26,961 bases of DNA from Bdellovibrionota bacterium (GTDB lineage Bacteria > Bdellovibrionota_C > UBA2361 > OMII01): positions 1-26,961 of the forward strand of contig JBIIHY010000001.1 in assembly GCA_044235305.1 (NCBI GenBank), in the 5' to 3' direction. Made by a program: the position numbers and the translations under genes. This document shows, piece by piece, positions 11,801 through 20,990 of the stretch. The number at the start of each line of letters is the position of its first letter. The first letter of the stretch is position 1. The notes under the pieces are model-generated. The model ran no database searches and was not told the DNA's origin. It worked only from the letters and a program-made list of their open reading frames with translations.

Positions 11801-13494
11801 TTAGTTACCTCTGGGTATCCACCCTGGCCCCTGAAGGTAACAGAGAGGACATTCGTATCACCAACATCTAAAATAGTACCGGCAGGCGGCGAGTACAGGA
11901 AGTCGCCTATTACAGTCGTTCCGTTTACCGTTGCTGTAGCATTAAGCTGTATGCTTGATAGTTCAGTACCGTAAACTATTGCGGCCGGATCGTTCCAGGT
12001 GATAACCGGAGTAGGGAGGGTGCATTGGCCAACATATGTCGTCTTTGTGAGTTCGGTACATGGCGCTCCACCACCATCAGGGCCTTTTGTTTGCCAGACC
12101 TGGGTAACATAGCCCGGCGTTGCAGAACAACTTGGAACTGTGTCTGGTACTAGGGTTGTCTTCTGGCAATCTCGGACCAATTTGCAGTTTACACATCTCC
12201 AGCCGTCTGTGGCAGGTTTGTCAGCAGGCAGTACGTTGCCATCACATTCATCTGTGCCGTTAATTCCATCGTTTTTGCACGTTGTGCAGGTTGCTGTGAC
12301 GAGCGTCGTCACTGTCAGAGAGCCACACGCGGTTCCGCCGTTTACCGCAGCGGCGAGAACTTCCCTCGTTTGAGTGAAATTTCCAGCGGTTTCAAGACAA
12401 GCTGGAACCGTCGGTGGGTCTAGGGCTGTCATCTGACAATCCCGCACCAACTCACATTTGTTGTTACATCTCCACCCGTCTTTAGTGGAATTTCCATTGA
12501 GGTCTGTACCATCACATTGCTCTACGCCCTCTCTTATTCCGTTACCGCACGAGGGCGGGAGAGTAACCGGTCCGCCCGTGCACGGGAACACTGGCAGAGA
12601 TGTGTAGCACGATACAGTTGGATTACTTACCGCCGTTGAAGAGGTCCAAGATGGTGTCTTAGCGTAATCGCCGCACGAGAGCACTGGACACGGATTATTC
12701 GTTGGAGTTGCCGTTGGAGTTGCTGTTGGCGTTGCTGTTGGCGTATTTGTGGGAGTTGGCGTCGGTGTTGGTGTTGGTGTTGGTGTTGCGGTCGGCGTAT
12801 TCGTGGGTGTTGCGGTTGGCGTACTGGTCGGCGTTGGCGTTGGCGTGCGCGTTGGAGTAGCTGTCGGCACTGCCTGAAGTGCCACTGCTGGTGCCGGCAT
12901 CGCTACCGTAAACCCTAGAGCTCGTCCGGTATCACCGCCTAGTAGCCCAGCAAAGCCGCCGCTTATCGGACTGGCACGAACAGCCATGGCGAGGAAGCTA
13001 CCAACTTGGTCTGATGAAAGATTGGATAAACTTGCTGACGAGTTAGTATATGTCGTCCCATCTTGAAATCGCGCTGTCTCACCGGGGCGCAAAGCCAACG
13101 CTCTGTAATACACAGTCTGGTCATCTGGGTAAGAACCCATAACCATCCTATCTGGCGACATGCAGCTCGACATGCGACTGCGGGTCAGCGCAAGCTGCTC
13201 AACAGTTGTCCGTGCGTTACGACGCGTGGCAAGATCTGAACTCTGCAACCCAGATATTAGCTCCCTATTTTTGCTTATCTCAGTTACCGACTGCCCAATC
13301 GATGACTGCGAGCAGCTCGAAGAGAACATCAGCGAGGCGAATACAAACCCTGCTAACAATATAGCGCCTACCAAGAAGAGGATAAGCACTGCCTCAACTA
13401 TAGCAACGCCCCTCATCGCCGCATACGAGCGGGCGCCACCGCTAATACGGCTGCATAGGAGCTTTTGATTTGCCATCTGTTTATTCATCGGCAC
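5851..13494 (-). CDS. Giant TadE/prepilin-like N-anchored, Cys-rich MBG/Ig-repeat surface protein (putative adhesin), paralog 2, 2547 aa
   Basis: Contains RG|VAIVE plus a 24-aa hydrophobic helix, a PT linker, Myxococcus-type Cys-rich repeats ([43 protein letters not shown]), about 21 stalk modules of ~80-100 aa including 8 MBG-like ones (e.g. [33 protein letters not shown]), and a Cys-rich C-terminal domain. The true start may be GTG 13494, ATG 13488 or a later Met. Confidence 0.92.
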   Translation of the reverse strand: MPMNKQMANQKLLCSRISGGARSYAAMRGVAIVEAVLILFLVGAILLAGFVFASLMFSSSCSQSSIGQSVTEISKNRELISGLQSSDLATRRNARTTVEQLALTRSRMSSCMSPDRMVMGSYPDDQTVYYRALALRPGETARFQDGTTYTNSSASLSNLSSDQVGSFLAMAVRASPISGGFAGLLGGDTGRALGFTVAMPAPAVALQAVPTATPTRTPTPTPTSTPTATPTNTPTATPTPTPTPTPTPTNTPTATPTATPTATPTNNPCPVLSCGDYAKTPSWTSSTAVSNPTVSCYTSLPVFPCTGGPVTLPPSCGNGIREGVEQCDGTDLNGNSTKDGWRCNNKCELVRDCQMTALDPPTVPACLETAGNFTQTREVLAAAVNGGTACGSLTVTTLVTATCTTCKNDGINGTDECDGNVLPADKPATDGWRCVNCKLVRDCQKTTLVPDTVPSCSATPGYVTQVWQTKGPDGGGAPCTELTKTTYVGQCTLPTPVITWNDPAAIVYGTELSSIQLNATATVNGTTVIGDFLYSPPAGTILDVGDTNVLSVTFRGQGGYPEVTKTVNQKVTQKGLECTPVAASRLYKAANPALAYSCTGFITKSGVLEGTTVFTKAGSLTTTAVFASNAGTYDINWGDFPEAKNYSISRKPGTNLFTVSKRSVSCAAHNKSLTAGATFDPTTFLTATCDGFVDNEIAQVVLSNGSLTTTATSPAVTGNYPISYSTNPKPSATNYNVTTSNATLSVSDKTVLRCTIGGGGTFSYGATVKVTGNPVMDGSTQVNGGFSYEVAPGVNGIRQTFPADGFKLGAGTYTMYARFKPSVQTYAEINCDPLSVTVTKAARGCSPGTLAPITYGNSLTLAQQQAVASFNPNDEQIFYSISGGALAAPLTDLTTIVDRKLNASNSAYTITASVPETNNYSASSCSTTLMVNSKDLNCAPHAKSMYQGSDPSKIPLTHSCTTSDFVAPDSMAQVSGGALETNATASSPVGSNYYIRYVAGSPPSIPNYTVKTTESKLTVNMKLASSCTVSIDPASPVLSSYIYPRGEGKDGNGFTMAGSFSYSYTGGGQASVPINGSFQVNAAGNYTVAATFTPANKNYDTATCSASFTIAKVTPTCAWAQPQAITYGTKLSVDQLNAVATYNGATVAGIFSYSPASATTPDANDALEITATFTPSTASAGNFNTCSLKRTLKVNKAPLSCRADDKRKFAGQPNPALTYSCNGFVNGDTQSKVPITLVVVTGPSGSYITASPAPTNSNYLITWTDGVLKIDPQITPACTVTVTNPSLTYGDAIGTPTTTALGGVEASTISYSIASAELSSETFSATKNYDAGTYTITAKFAPKETDQYLPTTCTTQVTIAKRDYQCSFTSPPPASIEYGTPVNLQATASATGGDTYNSTSNSTRFVFNPGASSTLRPGSYKLQVNFTPPSAVQKNFNGCTTTKDLTVSKTYVTCRPNNKTKVYGTANPPLDFTCRAGENKSDNIDKAIIPANIFGGKLETTVGNNTVPGTIIGSITWDKVPWSDVYEVQTSLDGNAQEKGIFTITKAPLRCKADNRVIQATKTAKVPVSYTYGCGGFVGADTMSSSAPSGITLKAYKTVNNIEQEIADADVQTANKTYTIKNQTGLAISSTNYDVTLDSGELKTVAVSPSSCTLEANPTVYTYGDTITVGTPSGYNINASSFINGTFSYQISSNGSTNTVYDGNYPPTLNAGSHVFTATFKPSNSNVAESTCSAAITVKPKAVTCSWTAPSAINYPSALTGTQLNAKATSSPAPAGSFTYDPPAGTVLVASTVAHLLKATFIPSNGNFTGCPTSTTITVNKIPVTTTAGIECKPNRVSRQYGSANPTLSYRCYDRSNPSVTITDSITGGTLTTTADNLSNVGKYPITLTGVTSTIYDIAIVPGELEVTQAPLSCKADSKSKFKGAANPTLTGSCSGILNSNNPTISYTRAAGEDVGKYDITPSVTASNYAVTVTKGTLEIKALPQADCGIEIVGGGASRNFGSGNVITARATVSSSGFPVTGGTVTFSYKKDGSATAQAMGVGGNTTGVVDSSATTLEAGTYDITATFSGTSSTSGAVCSAPLTIGKGTPTCAWTLSPTSLKVDETVPASVLGATVKDNLTALTSPAMVYQRTVGAVTESLSAGSTFSAAGIYNLKMSWAGNANWNGCEVTRALTVNTKQGDNCSVTNKTITWPTAVTIDGSGGTFPSTAPDGRQYSYDLSSLLLTPGSGVPRPGSYTIKATLPANDRLSLTTSTDGTLTVNKAKGACVLATPQTITLPNTVKIQDSAGANYLLTDSASGRNFTYVASIGSSKTTLSNGSTLAANDYDVDATLAGDEFYEPTTCSGKLKVVPQPVTGPFCGDGQINQDSEECDGGIDSGCAGLGCSCVACKYSCPDSAKGQCLTTVWFGPYPTDKDGWPLCTGGTRTQTLYSAWSEEVGIIQVPSNATGLWSFNQPGYFGGLVDINVGPSGRCCPKRGRRQRQVTNSCGKSVNVNMGSECPGSPKDFTFCHADTGMEAFTFPTTMFSGNGVNLGGTTSTEQVWPRCP
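12700..12870 (-). repeat. Pro/Thr (PTxT)n low-complexity linker of paralog 2 (~57 aa)
   Basis: Encodes [57 protein letters not shown]. Confidence 0.9.
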
Positions 13495-13504
13495 AGGGCA
13501 TGGG
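12884..13504. repeat. Near-identical direct repeat, copy B (5' part of giant gene 2)
   Basis: 10 mismatches in 621 bp versus 5041-5661. Confidence 0.95.
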
Positions 13505-13581
13505 CGGTACGTCGGTATGAGTCGCTTGCCTCCTACCTCTATCCTTAAGTATAGGCCCTATCAGGCTACGTGCCTAGCATG

Positions 13582-13619
13582 AGAATTCTGGGGCCTGGTA
13601 TTTGGTGGTTACTTGTTTT
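13582..13619 (-). promoter_or_regulatory. Conserved upstream motif, copy B (candidate promoter/TF site)
   Basis: 31/38 identical to 5728-5765 and at a similar distance from the start codon. Confidence 0.4.
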
Positions 13620-13816
13620 TGATAGTGCCAGATAATCAGAGCGAATGGTGGTGAAATTGCGTAGCGGGTTGGTAGGTGGTAGTTACACAGACCGCAGCGC
13701 CCGTTTCATAACTTCAAAATGAGCTTCCCATATTTATTTTTGCCCCCGTTAACTGGACGCAGAATACTCTAAATCGATTCGGAGCATTGGTGCAGGTCGA
13801 TAAACTTGCCGTAGAG

Positions 13817-14902
13817 TTATGGCACCCAGTCGCAAACAGCAGGGTCTAGATTGGCAGTGCACGACGGACAGCTTGCCGGTTTATACCTCGGATAGCTACT
13901 TGCTGTTCGGTATTCATAGTAGCAATCAGGCGAACCAAGAAAGAGTTGCGCGACCTGCTTTACGATCCCAGTCCCCGACATGGTACAGGTGTCTGGAAGG
14001 TTCGGCTTCGCTATGAGGGTGAAACTCTCGCTCCACGAACAACCGGACGGCCCAGAACTGAGTCCCCAATTGTGCTTACGACTGTAGATCTGCCCGTTAC
14101 TAGTAATCTCATCGCAGTACTCTGCCGGTTTTGGCCCTGCTATGCTTGTTGTAGTACCTATGCACCCTAATCTGCCAAAGGAGTCCACCTGACAGGTGAA
14201 GTTAGTTTGATCGCACCACCCGCTCTTTTGAGCAGTGGCACACGCTGCTCCAACATTTGCGACGCTTGCGCATGTGGTGGCACAAGTTCCACCGCCAGAA
14301 GCAGACAGTGCGCCATTGTTGCAAGCAAAGACCTGAGAGCCCTTAGGCGTTGATGGGTAAGTTATACCTGAGACTTTTGCCGATACGACAGCCGTGGCTG
14401 TAATTGTTTGGCCGTGTGCAACAGCGTCACCTGTCGCCGTGCAGGTATTACCCTCAACAGTCCATGATACCGGCTGAGAGGCGCAGTTCACCGGCACTGC
14501 GGTCGTCGCTGTTGGTGTCACTGTTGGCGTTGCCGTCGGCGTCGGCGGAACCGCCATACACGTATTAGAACACAACCCTATCGGGTAACTTCCGGCAGCC
14601 GCGCCAGAAGGAGCAGCACCCATGGCAACACAAGCATACTGCCCACTACACGTCCAAGACGGGATATTACTTGCGTCACATACCTTTCCTCCAGAGCAAC
14701 ACGGGCTTGAGCCGGTCCCACAGTTGTTCGGATCATTAAAGCAGCAGAACTGATTTCCCCCACAGGAAACCGAAGAGTAATTTCCAACGCATCCTTGAGC
14801 GTTTGCGTCGTTACAGAGTGCGAGGAAAGAAAAAATGAGAATTGGCAACAGTAGCGCTCGGCACACCAGCTTATTTGCGATGACAGCGCCGAGACTCCAC
14901 AT
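13817..14902 (-). CDS. Secreted cysteine-rich hypothetical protein (~361 aa)
   Basis: Likely start is ATG 14902 (the ORF track starts at 14965). Sec-type signal ...RALLLPILIFSFLALCNDANA|Q, 28 Cys counted in the mature part, short PT linker ([16 protein letters not shown]). Confidence 0.82.
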   Translation of the reverse strand: MWSLGAVIANKLVCRALLLPILIFSFLALCNDANAQGCVGNYSSVSCGGNQFCCFNDPNNCGTGSSPCCSGGKVCDASNIPSWTCSGQYACVAMGAAPSGAAAGSYPIGLCSNTCMAVPPTPTATPTVTPTATTAVPVNCASQPVSWTVEGNTCTATGDAVAHGQTITATAVVSAKVSGITYPSTPKGSQVFACNNGALSASGGGTCATTCASVANVGAACATAQKSGWCDQTNFTCQVDSFGRLGCIGTTTSIAGPKPAEYCDEITSNGQIYSRKHNWGLSSGPSGCSWSESFTLIAKPNLPDTCTMSGTGIVKQVAQLFLGSPDCYYEYRTASSYPRYKPASCPSCTANLDPAVCDWVP

Positions 14903-15496
14903 ACGCCAGCTCTTGCTAGCACGGAGCGTGTCCTCACACAGGTTTAAGCAGCCGCAACGCAACATATACTTTAAGTATTACCACCGACGGGCTCGGCTGA
15001 CTACAAGAGATCTCTCTAAGGCAGCAGACTCGCAAGATATAGTACTACCTCTAGAGGTCCTCCCTACCCTCAGCCTACGCATCTCCTGTATTCAGACTCA
15101 GTAGATTTTCGTAAAATCGGAAAAGCTGTTTGGCAAAAAACCTCTAACGCGCCCCCTAGACCTGTGCTACAAACTCCCAACCTAACGGGCGATGAGCCCC
15201 TCGGGTGTTACTCACTTATTTGCCGTTCTATGGCGGCCCTTCTATTCCAGCTTATTTCGTGGAGTGAATGTAGAAGAAGGCCCGGGTAGTCCTTTAGGCA
15301 CCCAACGATCCGCTTTTGCAGCAGGGCCGGGTTTTGCCAGGGATGACCAGTACAATTATTAAAAAGACTGGAGAGCTTCTGAGCTCTAGTAGGCTGGTGC
15401 ATGCATGGTAAGCACCCCCCACGCTCAGAAATCGAACTAACTATTTCAGGGCGCTTAGAGCCCTTTAGCCACCTTTAGCGTTTGAATTCAGGCACT

Positions 15497-16438
15497 ATGA
15501 TTCTAAGCAATGAAACAACACTCGGGCCGAAAGGTAATTCGGCAGGCGCTTCACTGCCCCCTAGGCCGCGAATCACCCCTGCAAAGATCCGAACAGATTT
15601 TCCCGTTATCACATTTCTAGACTCACCTGACGAGAAGGTTGTCGTGCCATCTCGATTCAGAGGAATCGCCGCCGACTTCGACGGAACGATGATGAAATTC
15701 AATTTCACCGAAGGATTGCGCCAGCAGGCATTTCTGCTAGCAATCGACGGTCTAGCCAGAGAGAAAACGGGGCTTCCTGTATGCCCTCGCGAGTGCGGCC
15801 GTATTCATCGCAAAGCTGTTGAGAAGCCAGAAGAAGTGATGTGTGAGATCATCGCTGAACACCTGTCTCCCGTGATCGGCTGCCACCTTTCCAAACAGGA
15901 AGTACTGTCGGCGTGGAAGAACTATGCCCTGGTGTTACTCCTCACAGCTCCCGAGAGGTACGGCCGCTCCCCTGAGACTGCGATAAACGAGGGAATTATC
16001 CCCTTCCTTGAAGGAGCACAGGCTTTAGGAACGCCTACAGGGGTATGCACTGCCGGATACCACGAGTTCGTTATCCCGCTGATAAAAGCGGGGGCGCTCG
16101 ACCAGTTCTTAAACTTTGATACGTCTGTGTTTACAAGCCTCCATCCAGATATCTCGACCAAACCCGAACCCGACCCGTATCTCTTAATAGCCAGGAAGAT
16201 GGGCATACACCCCGGAGAACTTCTTGTTCTTGAGGACTCAGCCACAGGGGCGCTCTCTGCCCTTCGGGCTGGCGCTCAAGTCGTGCTGCAACCTTCCGGG
16301 GATCGAGATGAGACCCTTGTGAAGCTTGCTCGAGCGATTCAAATTCATCACTCAAACTGGATCACAGAGCGTGCGAATCGGATTATTGTGCTGTCGGAAG
16401 AGGCGGGATTTACGCAGCTTGTGCACGAAAATGCGTGA
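15497..16438 (+). CDS. HAD-superfamily phosphatase (subfamily IA, beta-PGM/YniC-like)
   Basis: Motif I DFDGT, motif II CTAG, motif III KPEPDPY, motif IV LEDSATG. Start uncertain (TTG 15482 or ATG 15497). Pro-rich N-terminal extension. Confidence 0.85.
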   Translation: MILSNETTLGPKGNSAGASLPPRPRITPAKIRTDFPVITFLDSPDEKVVVPSRFRGIAADFDGTMMKFNFTEGLRQQAFLLAIDGLAREKTGLPVCPRECGRIHRKAVEKPEEVMCEIIAEHLSPVIGCHLSKQEVLSAWKNYALVLLLTAPERYGRSPETAINEGIIPFLEGAQALGTPTGVCTAGYHEFVIPLIKAGALDQFLNFDTSVFTSLHPDISTKPEPDPYLLIARKMGIHPGELLVLEDSATGALSALRAGAQVVLQPSGDRDETLVKLARAIQIHHSNWITERANRIIVLSEEAGFTQLVHENA

Positions 16439-16460
16439 GACGTGAGAAGCTTTCGTCAGT

Positions 16461-16492
16461 AAAAAAGGAGGGAGCATAAAGCCCCCTCCTTT
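16461..16492 (-). terminator. Rho-independent terminator of nrdAB
   Basis: Minus strand AAAGGAGGGGGC-TTTAT-GCTCCCTCCTTT-TTT: GC-rich stem with one G-U pair and a U-tract, ~40 bp after the nrdB stop. Confidence 0.8.
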
Positions 16493-16533
16493 GACCAGCC
16501 ACCGTGGTGGCTCATGCACTTACTCAGCGCGAA

Positions 16534-17637
16534 CTACCAGCTCAATGAGCCAGCAGTCTGGTACTCAGTCACGCGAGTCTCAAAGAAGTTCTTCTCTTTG
16601 CCGAGATCGATCGTCTCGCTCATCCATGGGAATGGATTCTTTGAGCCGTATTGAGGCTTGAGTCCAATTCTCTCAAGACGACGGTCAGCAATAAACTGTA
16701 CGTAGTCTCGGAACATCGGAGCTGTTAGACCCAAGATACCGCGCGGCAAGCAATCAACTGCGTAGTTATACTCAAGCTCCACAGCTTGCTTAATCTTGTT
16801 CAAGATGTGCTCTTGGAACTCTGGGCTCCACAGCTCAGGATTCTCAGCCTTAATCGTGTTAATGAGATCGATTCCGAAATTGAGGTGGATCGTCTCATCT
16901 CGCAAGATGTACTGGAACTGCTCGCCGATACCGGTCAGCTTATTCTGACGGTGGAACGAGAGGATCATCACAAATCCACTGTAGAAGAAGATACCTTCCA
17001 TGATCACATAGAAGCCGATCAGGTTCTCAAGGAACTTCTGCGCGCCTTCCTTTGTGGCAGTTGAGAAGTTTGGATCCAACACCGCTGCAGTGAGCTCCAT
17101 CTCAAACTGATCCTTGTTGTGGATGCTGTTGATCTCGTTGTACATGTTGAACACTTCACCCTGATCGAGCGAGAGCGATTCTACAACGTAGTGGAACGTG
17201 TGCGTGTGAACAGCCTCCTCAAACGCTTGTCGGAGAAGGTACTGACGACACTCTGGGTTAGTCACATGCTTAAAGATTGCAAGGGTGATGTTGTTTCCAA
17301 CCAAGCTCTCTGCTGTGCTGAAGAAACCGAGGTTACGCAAGATTACTCGCCGCTCATCAGCGCTCAAGCGATCCGACTTCCAAAGCTCGATATCCTTACC
17401 CATCGAAACTTCGCTCGGTAGCCAGTTATTTGCGCAGCCGTTTAGATAGTGCTCCCATGCCCACTTGTACTTAAGTGGCATGAGTTGATTCACATCAACT
17501 GCCGCGCAGTTAATGATCCGCTTATCGGAAACCCGAACTCGCTTATCCTTACCTTCAGCGTCATCGCTCCCTCCGTTAGCTCCGGTTGAGCCGTTTGATC
17601 CTACTGAACCTGCATCATCAAATGTAAGCATACTCAC
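16534..17637 (-). CDS. nrdB: Ribonucleotide reductase small subunit, class Ic (R2c, Mn/Fe type)
   Basis: Ferritin-like ligands E110, E141/H144, E214, E248/H251 (ORF-track numbering). EEAVHTHTF has Phe148 at the radical-Tyr position, and Glu110 is the first ligand. C-terminal [13 protein letters not shown] 17631 has better spacing to the GGGAGA SD than GTG 17637. Confidence 0.96.
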   Translation of the reverse strand: MSMLTFDDAGSVGSNGSTGANGGSDDAEGKDKRVRVSDKRIINCAAVDVNQLMPLKYKWAWEHYLNGCANNWLPSEVSMGKDIELWKSDRLSADERRVILRNLGFFSTAESLVGNNITLAIFKHVTNPECRQYLLRQAFEEAVHTHTFHYVVESLSLDQGEVFNMYNEINSIHNKDQFEMELTAAVLDPNFSTATKEGAQKFLENLIGFYVIMEGIFFYSGFVMILSFHRQNKLTGIGEQFQYILRDETIHLNFGIDLINTIKAENPELWSPEFQEHILNKIKQAVELEYNYAVDCLPRGILGLTAPMFRDYVQFIADRRLERIGLKPQYGSKNPFPWMSETIDLGKEKNFFETRVTEYQTAGSLSW

Positions 17638-17672
17638 TTCTCCCTAAATATAACCCAAAACCCAACTAATTC

Positions 17673-20600
17673 TTACTGACAACTCTCACAATCACCATCG
17701 AGTCCGCACACCTTTGGCACAGATGGCTTTGCTGCCGCAGGGGCCGGAGCCTCTGCTACCGCTGCGCGCTCAACTACCACCTCAGATGAAGCTGACTTAT
17801 TCTTCATCCAACGCGGTTGCAAACCACGCTTGTTGATGTCGGTTGTTGACTTCTCAATCTGCGTTGCACCGAGCGAGCGCAGGTAGTAGGTCGTCTTAAG
17901 ACCCTTTCTCCAGGCGCTCATGTACATATCGTTCAACTTCTTACCGCTTGGCTCAGCGATATACAGGTTGAGAGACTGTCCCATGTCGATCCACTTTTGA
18001 CGGCGGCTTCCGCACTCAATCAACCACTCTGGCTCGATCTCAAAGGCAGTCAAGTAGACCTTCTTCAGCTCATCAGGGATACGCTCGATCTCCTGAATAG
18101 AGCCGTCGAAGTACTTGAGATCGTCAATCATATCCTCATCCCAGATGTTGAGCTGCTTAAGCTCGTCAACGAGGTAGGTATTGTGAACGATGAACTCTCC
18201 TGAGAGGTTCGACTTAGCATAGAGGTGCTTGTAGTTTGGCTCGATCGACTGACTTACCCCTGTGATGTTTGAGATAGTAGCAGTCGGAGCTATCGCCATA
18301 GAGTTGCTGTTACGCACGCCATTCTTCTTAACGGCCTCGCGTACAACACTCCAATCAAGCGTTGAAGAGCTATCGACTTCCAGATCTCCGCCACGCTCAT
18401 CTGAGAGCAGCTTGATGGTGTCGATTGGCAACAGTCCTCGATCCCACTTTGAGCCCTTGTAGCTTGAGTAAGCACCTCGCTCTGCGGCGAGCTCGCTTGA
18501 AGCTAGAATGGCGTAGTATGAAATCATCTCCATGCTCTCATCGGCAAACTTAACTGCCTCAGGGCTTGCATAACTGATCCGCTGAGCATACAGCGCATCT
18601 TGGAAGCCCATCAGCCCAAGACCTATCGGCCTGTGCTTGAGGTTAGCATTTCGCGCCTCGGCTGTCGGATAAAAGTTAATGTCGATGACGTTATCCAACA
18701 TACGGACTGCTGTTCGAACGCTGCGAGCGAGTAGATCCCTATCGAGCCCACCTTTTGTTGTAAGGTGACGAACAAGGTTTATCGATCCGAGGTTACATAC
18801 TGCAGTTTCGTCAGCCGAAGTGTTGAGCAAGATCTCTGTGCAGAGGTTCGAGCTGTGAACAACACCACAGTGGTCCTGAGGCGAGCGCAGGTTCGATGGG
18901 TCCTTAAATGTGATCCACGGATGGCCTGTCTCAAACACCATGCTCAACATCTTTCTCCACAGCGCTACTGCCTCAATCTTCTTGTGCAGCTTCAACTCGC
19001 CGCGCTCTGCCTTCTTCTCGTACTCAGTGTAGCGCTGCTCGAACTTCTTGCCGTAAAGGTCGTGGAGATCGGGCACATCGCTTGGGCTAAAGAGTGTCCA
19101 GGTGCCGTTCTGAGCCACACGCTTCATGAAGAGGTCTGGAATCCAGTTAGCCGTATTCATGTCGTGTGTACGCCGACGCTCGTCACCAGTGTTCTTCCTT
19201 AGCTCCATGAAGTCCTCGATATCGAGGTGCCATGTCTCAAGGTAGGCACACATTGCACCTTTTCGCTTGCCGCCCTGATTAACAGCAACCGCCGTATCGT
19301 TTGCGACCTTAAGGAATGGGATAACACCCTGGCTTCGTCCGTTAGTTCCCTTGATACGAGCGCCAGTTGCACGCACATTTGTCCAGTCGTTTCCAAGTCC
19401 GCCTGCCCACTTAGAGAGCTGGGCATCGTCGGATACGCACTTGAAGATGTGTTGCAGGTCATCCATGACAGTTGTGAGGTAGCACGAACTGAGCTGCGGA
19501 TGGAGCGTTCCAGCGTTAAAGAGTGTCGGTGTACTTGAGGTGAAAAGGAACTTCGAGAGCACATCGTAGAACTCGATTGCTCGCTCGTTCTTCTGTGCAC
19601 CTTCGTTAACGCTCAAGCCCATCGATACTCGCATCCAGAAGATCTGTGGCGTCTCAAGACGCACATCTTCATGATGGATCAAGTAACGATCGTAGAGAGT
19701 TTGCAATCCAAGGTACTGGAACTGCTCGTCGCGCTCAAGCTTTAAAGCCTTAGCAAGCTTATCGAGGTCAAACTCAAGCAGCTTGGGATCCATGCGCTCA
19801 ACTGAGACTCCCTTCTTGAGACAAGCCTTGAAGTACTCTTGGTGAGCCTTCTCGATGGTCTTACTGTGTGCATCAACGCCCATGGTTTCTCTGTAGATCA
19901 CATCGAGCAGAAGCTTCGATGCAACGTAGGAGTATGCTGGGTCCTTCTCAATCTTTGAACGAGCGGCCATGATGTTAGCCTGGTCGATCTCTTCAAGCTT
20001 AATCCCCTCGTAGAAGTTCTTAATCGACTCTTGAAGCACACCCTCGCTTGATACGAGTTTCTCAAACCCCTTACATGCATGCTCGATACGTGCGCGGAGC
20101 TGAGCTTCTGTAATGGTAATTGTCTCGCCCTTAAGCCCGGTGGCCTTAAACGAAGCGCCAGCTCCTTGTGCTGCAACAGCCGGAGCCTCTACAGCAGAAT
20201 CTGCGCCTTCCGAGACCTCTGGCTGAACATCCTCAACTTCACGCTGCGCTGCGCGCTTGGCGCGATAGATGATAAAGTCCTTGGCCACTTGATAGAAGCC
20301 GCCAGCCATCATCTGGCGCTCAACTTCGTCTTGGATCAACTCAACATGTAGCTCAGTTCCTTCGCGAACCAATTGAGTAGCACGAGCTACAACCCGGTTG
20401 GTGAGAAGATTAACTGACCCAACAACATCCTCTGGGGTCTGTCCTTCGATATTGAGCGATGCTCGGAACGCGCGCTCGATGGCCGAGGCTATCTTCATCG
20501 GATTGAAGCGCACTGATGTCTTTCCGTCTCGTCGCAGGATCTTCAGGTTGCGAGGAGAATCGTCTCGCGCTGACTTATGCTCGTCACGGTAAATAATATA

Positions 20601-20990
20601 GTTGCGGGCTACCTCATAGTAGCCACCCTGCATGAGCTTAACTTCTACTGTATCTTGGATACCTTCAACGGTAACGCAGGCGCCCTTGGCAGCTTCAATC
20701 GCTACGGCAGCTACAACTTCATCGGTGATACCCTGAGCAACACTGTAGAGGTCCTGAGGGAGGGGGGAAGTTGCTGGGATACTATTAGTAGCGCGAATAG
20801 CGAGCTCAATAGCGCGGAAGATTCGAGAACGTCTAAACGGAACCAACGTTCCATTGCGCTTCACAACTGTGAAGTTCTCTAGGTCAATCGGTGTGCTGAC
20901 CCTACCCTGCGTAGCTGCTGCTTGAGCCAGAACTGCGCCATTTACCGTAGTAATATTAACCCCTTGGGAACCACCTGCTGCTACCGTCAT
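17673..20990 (-). CDS. nrdA: Class I ribonucleotide reductase large subunit with three N-terminal ATP cones
   Basis: Motifs [28 protein letters not shown] and C-terminal CESCQ. ATP-cone starts VVKRNG.., ILRRDG.. and a degenerate third. Start placed at ATG 20990 after GAGGAG/AGAGGG SD (the ORF track starts at 21032). Confidence 0.97.
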   Translation of the reverse strand: MTVAAGGSQGVNITTVNGAVLAQAAATQGRVSTPIDLENFTVVKRNGTLVPFRRSRIFRAIELAIRATNSIPATSPLPQDLYSVAQGITDEVVAAVAIEAAKGACVTVEGIQDTVEVKLMQGGYYEVARNYIIYRDEHKSARDDSPRNLKILRRDGKTSVRFNPMKIASAIERAFRASLNIEGQTPEDVVGSVNLLTNRVVARATQLVREGTELHVELIQDEVERQMMAGGFYQVAKDFIIYRAKRAAQREVEDVQPEVSEGADSAVEAPAVAAQGAGASFKATGLKGETITITEAQLRARIEHACKGFEKLVSSEGVLQESIKNFYEGIKLEEIDQANIMAARSKIEKDPAYSYVASKLLLDVIYRETMGVDAHSKTIEKAHQEYFKACLKKGVSVERMDPKLLEFDLDKLAKALKLERDEQFQYLGLQTLYDRYLIHHEDVRLETPQIFWMRVSMGLSVNEGAQKNERAIEFYDVLSKFLFTSSTPTLFNAGTLHPQLSSCYLTTVMDDLQHIFKCVSDDAQLSKWAGGLGNDWTNVRATGARIKGTNGRSQGVIPFLKVANDTAVAVNQGGKRKGAMCAYLETWHLDIEDFMELRKNTGDERRRTHDMNTANWIPDLFMKRVAQNGTWTLFSPSDVPDLHDLYGKKFEQRYTEYEKKAERGELKLHKKIEAVALWRKMLSMVFETGHPWITFKDPSNLRSPQDHCGVVHSSNLCTEILLNTSADETAVCNLGSINLVRHLTTKGGLDRDLLARSVRTAVRMLDNVIDINFYPTAEARNANLKHRPIGLGLMGFQDALYAQRISYASPEAVKFADESMEMISYYAILASSELAAERGAYSSYKGSKWDRGLLPIDTIKLLSDERGGDLEVDSSSTLDWSVVREAVKKNGVRNSNSMAIAPTATISNITGVSQSIEPNYKHLYAKSNLSGEFIVHNTYLVDELKQLNIWDEDMIDDLKYFDGSIQEIERIPDELKKVYLTAFEIEPEWLIECGSRRQKWIDMGQSLNLYIAEPSGKKLNDMYMSAWRKGLKTTYYLRSLGATQIEKSTTDINKRGLQPRWMKNKSASSEVVVERAAVAEAPAPAAAKPSVPKVCGLDGDCESCQ

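Noticed and set aside
5317-13468. Two near-identical 102-aa plus-strand ORFs (5317-5625, 13160-13468)
   Set aside because: They are antisense shadows of the duplicated 5' segment; their identity is explained by the repeat.
13481-13501. 6-codon uORF (MPCADE*) overlapping the start of both giant genes
   Set aside because: Its presence in both copies is uninformative because it lies inside the homogenised repeat, and there is no other evidence.
1-14902. Diversity-generating retroelement or shufflon acting on the adhesins
   Set aside because: No reverse transcriptase, recombinase, adenine-specific TR/VR pair or inverted sfx-like repeats were seen.
16786-20882. Numerous plus-strand ORFs over nrdA/nrdB
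   Set aside because: They are antisense shadows of conserved genes with strong codon bias.
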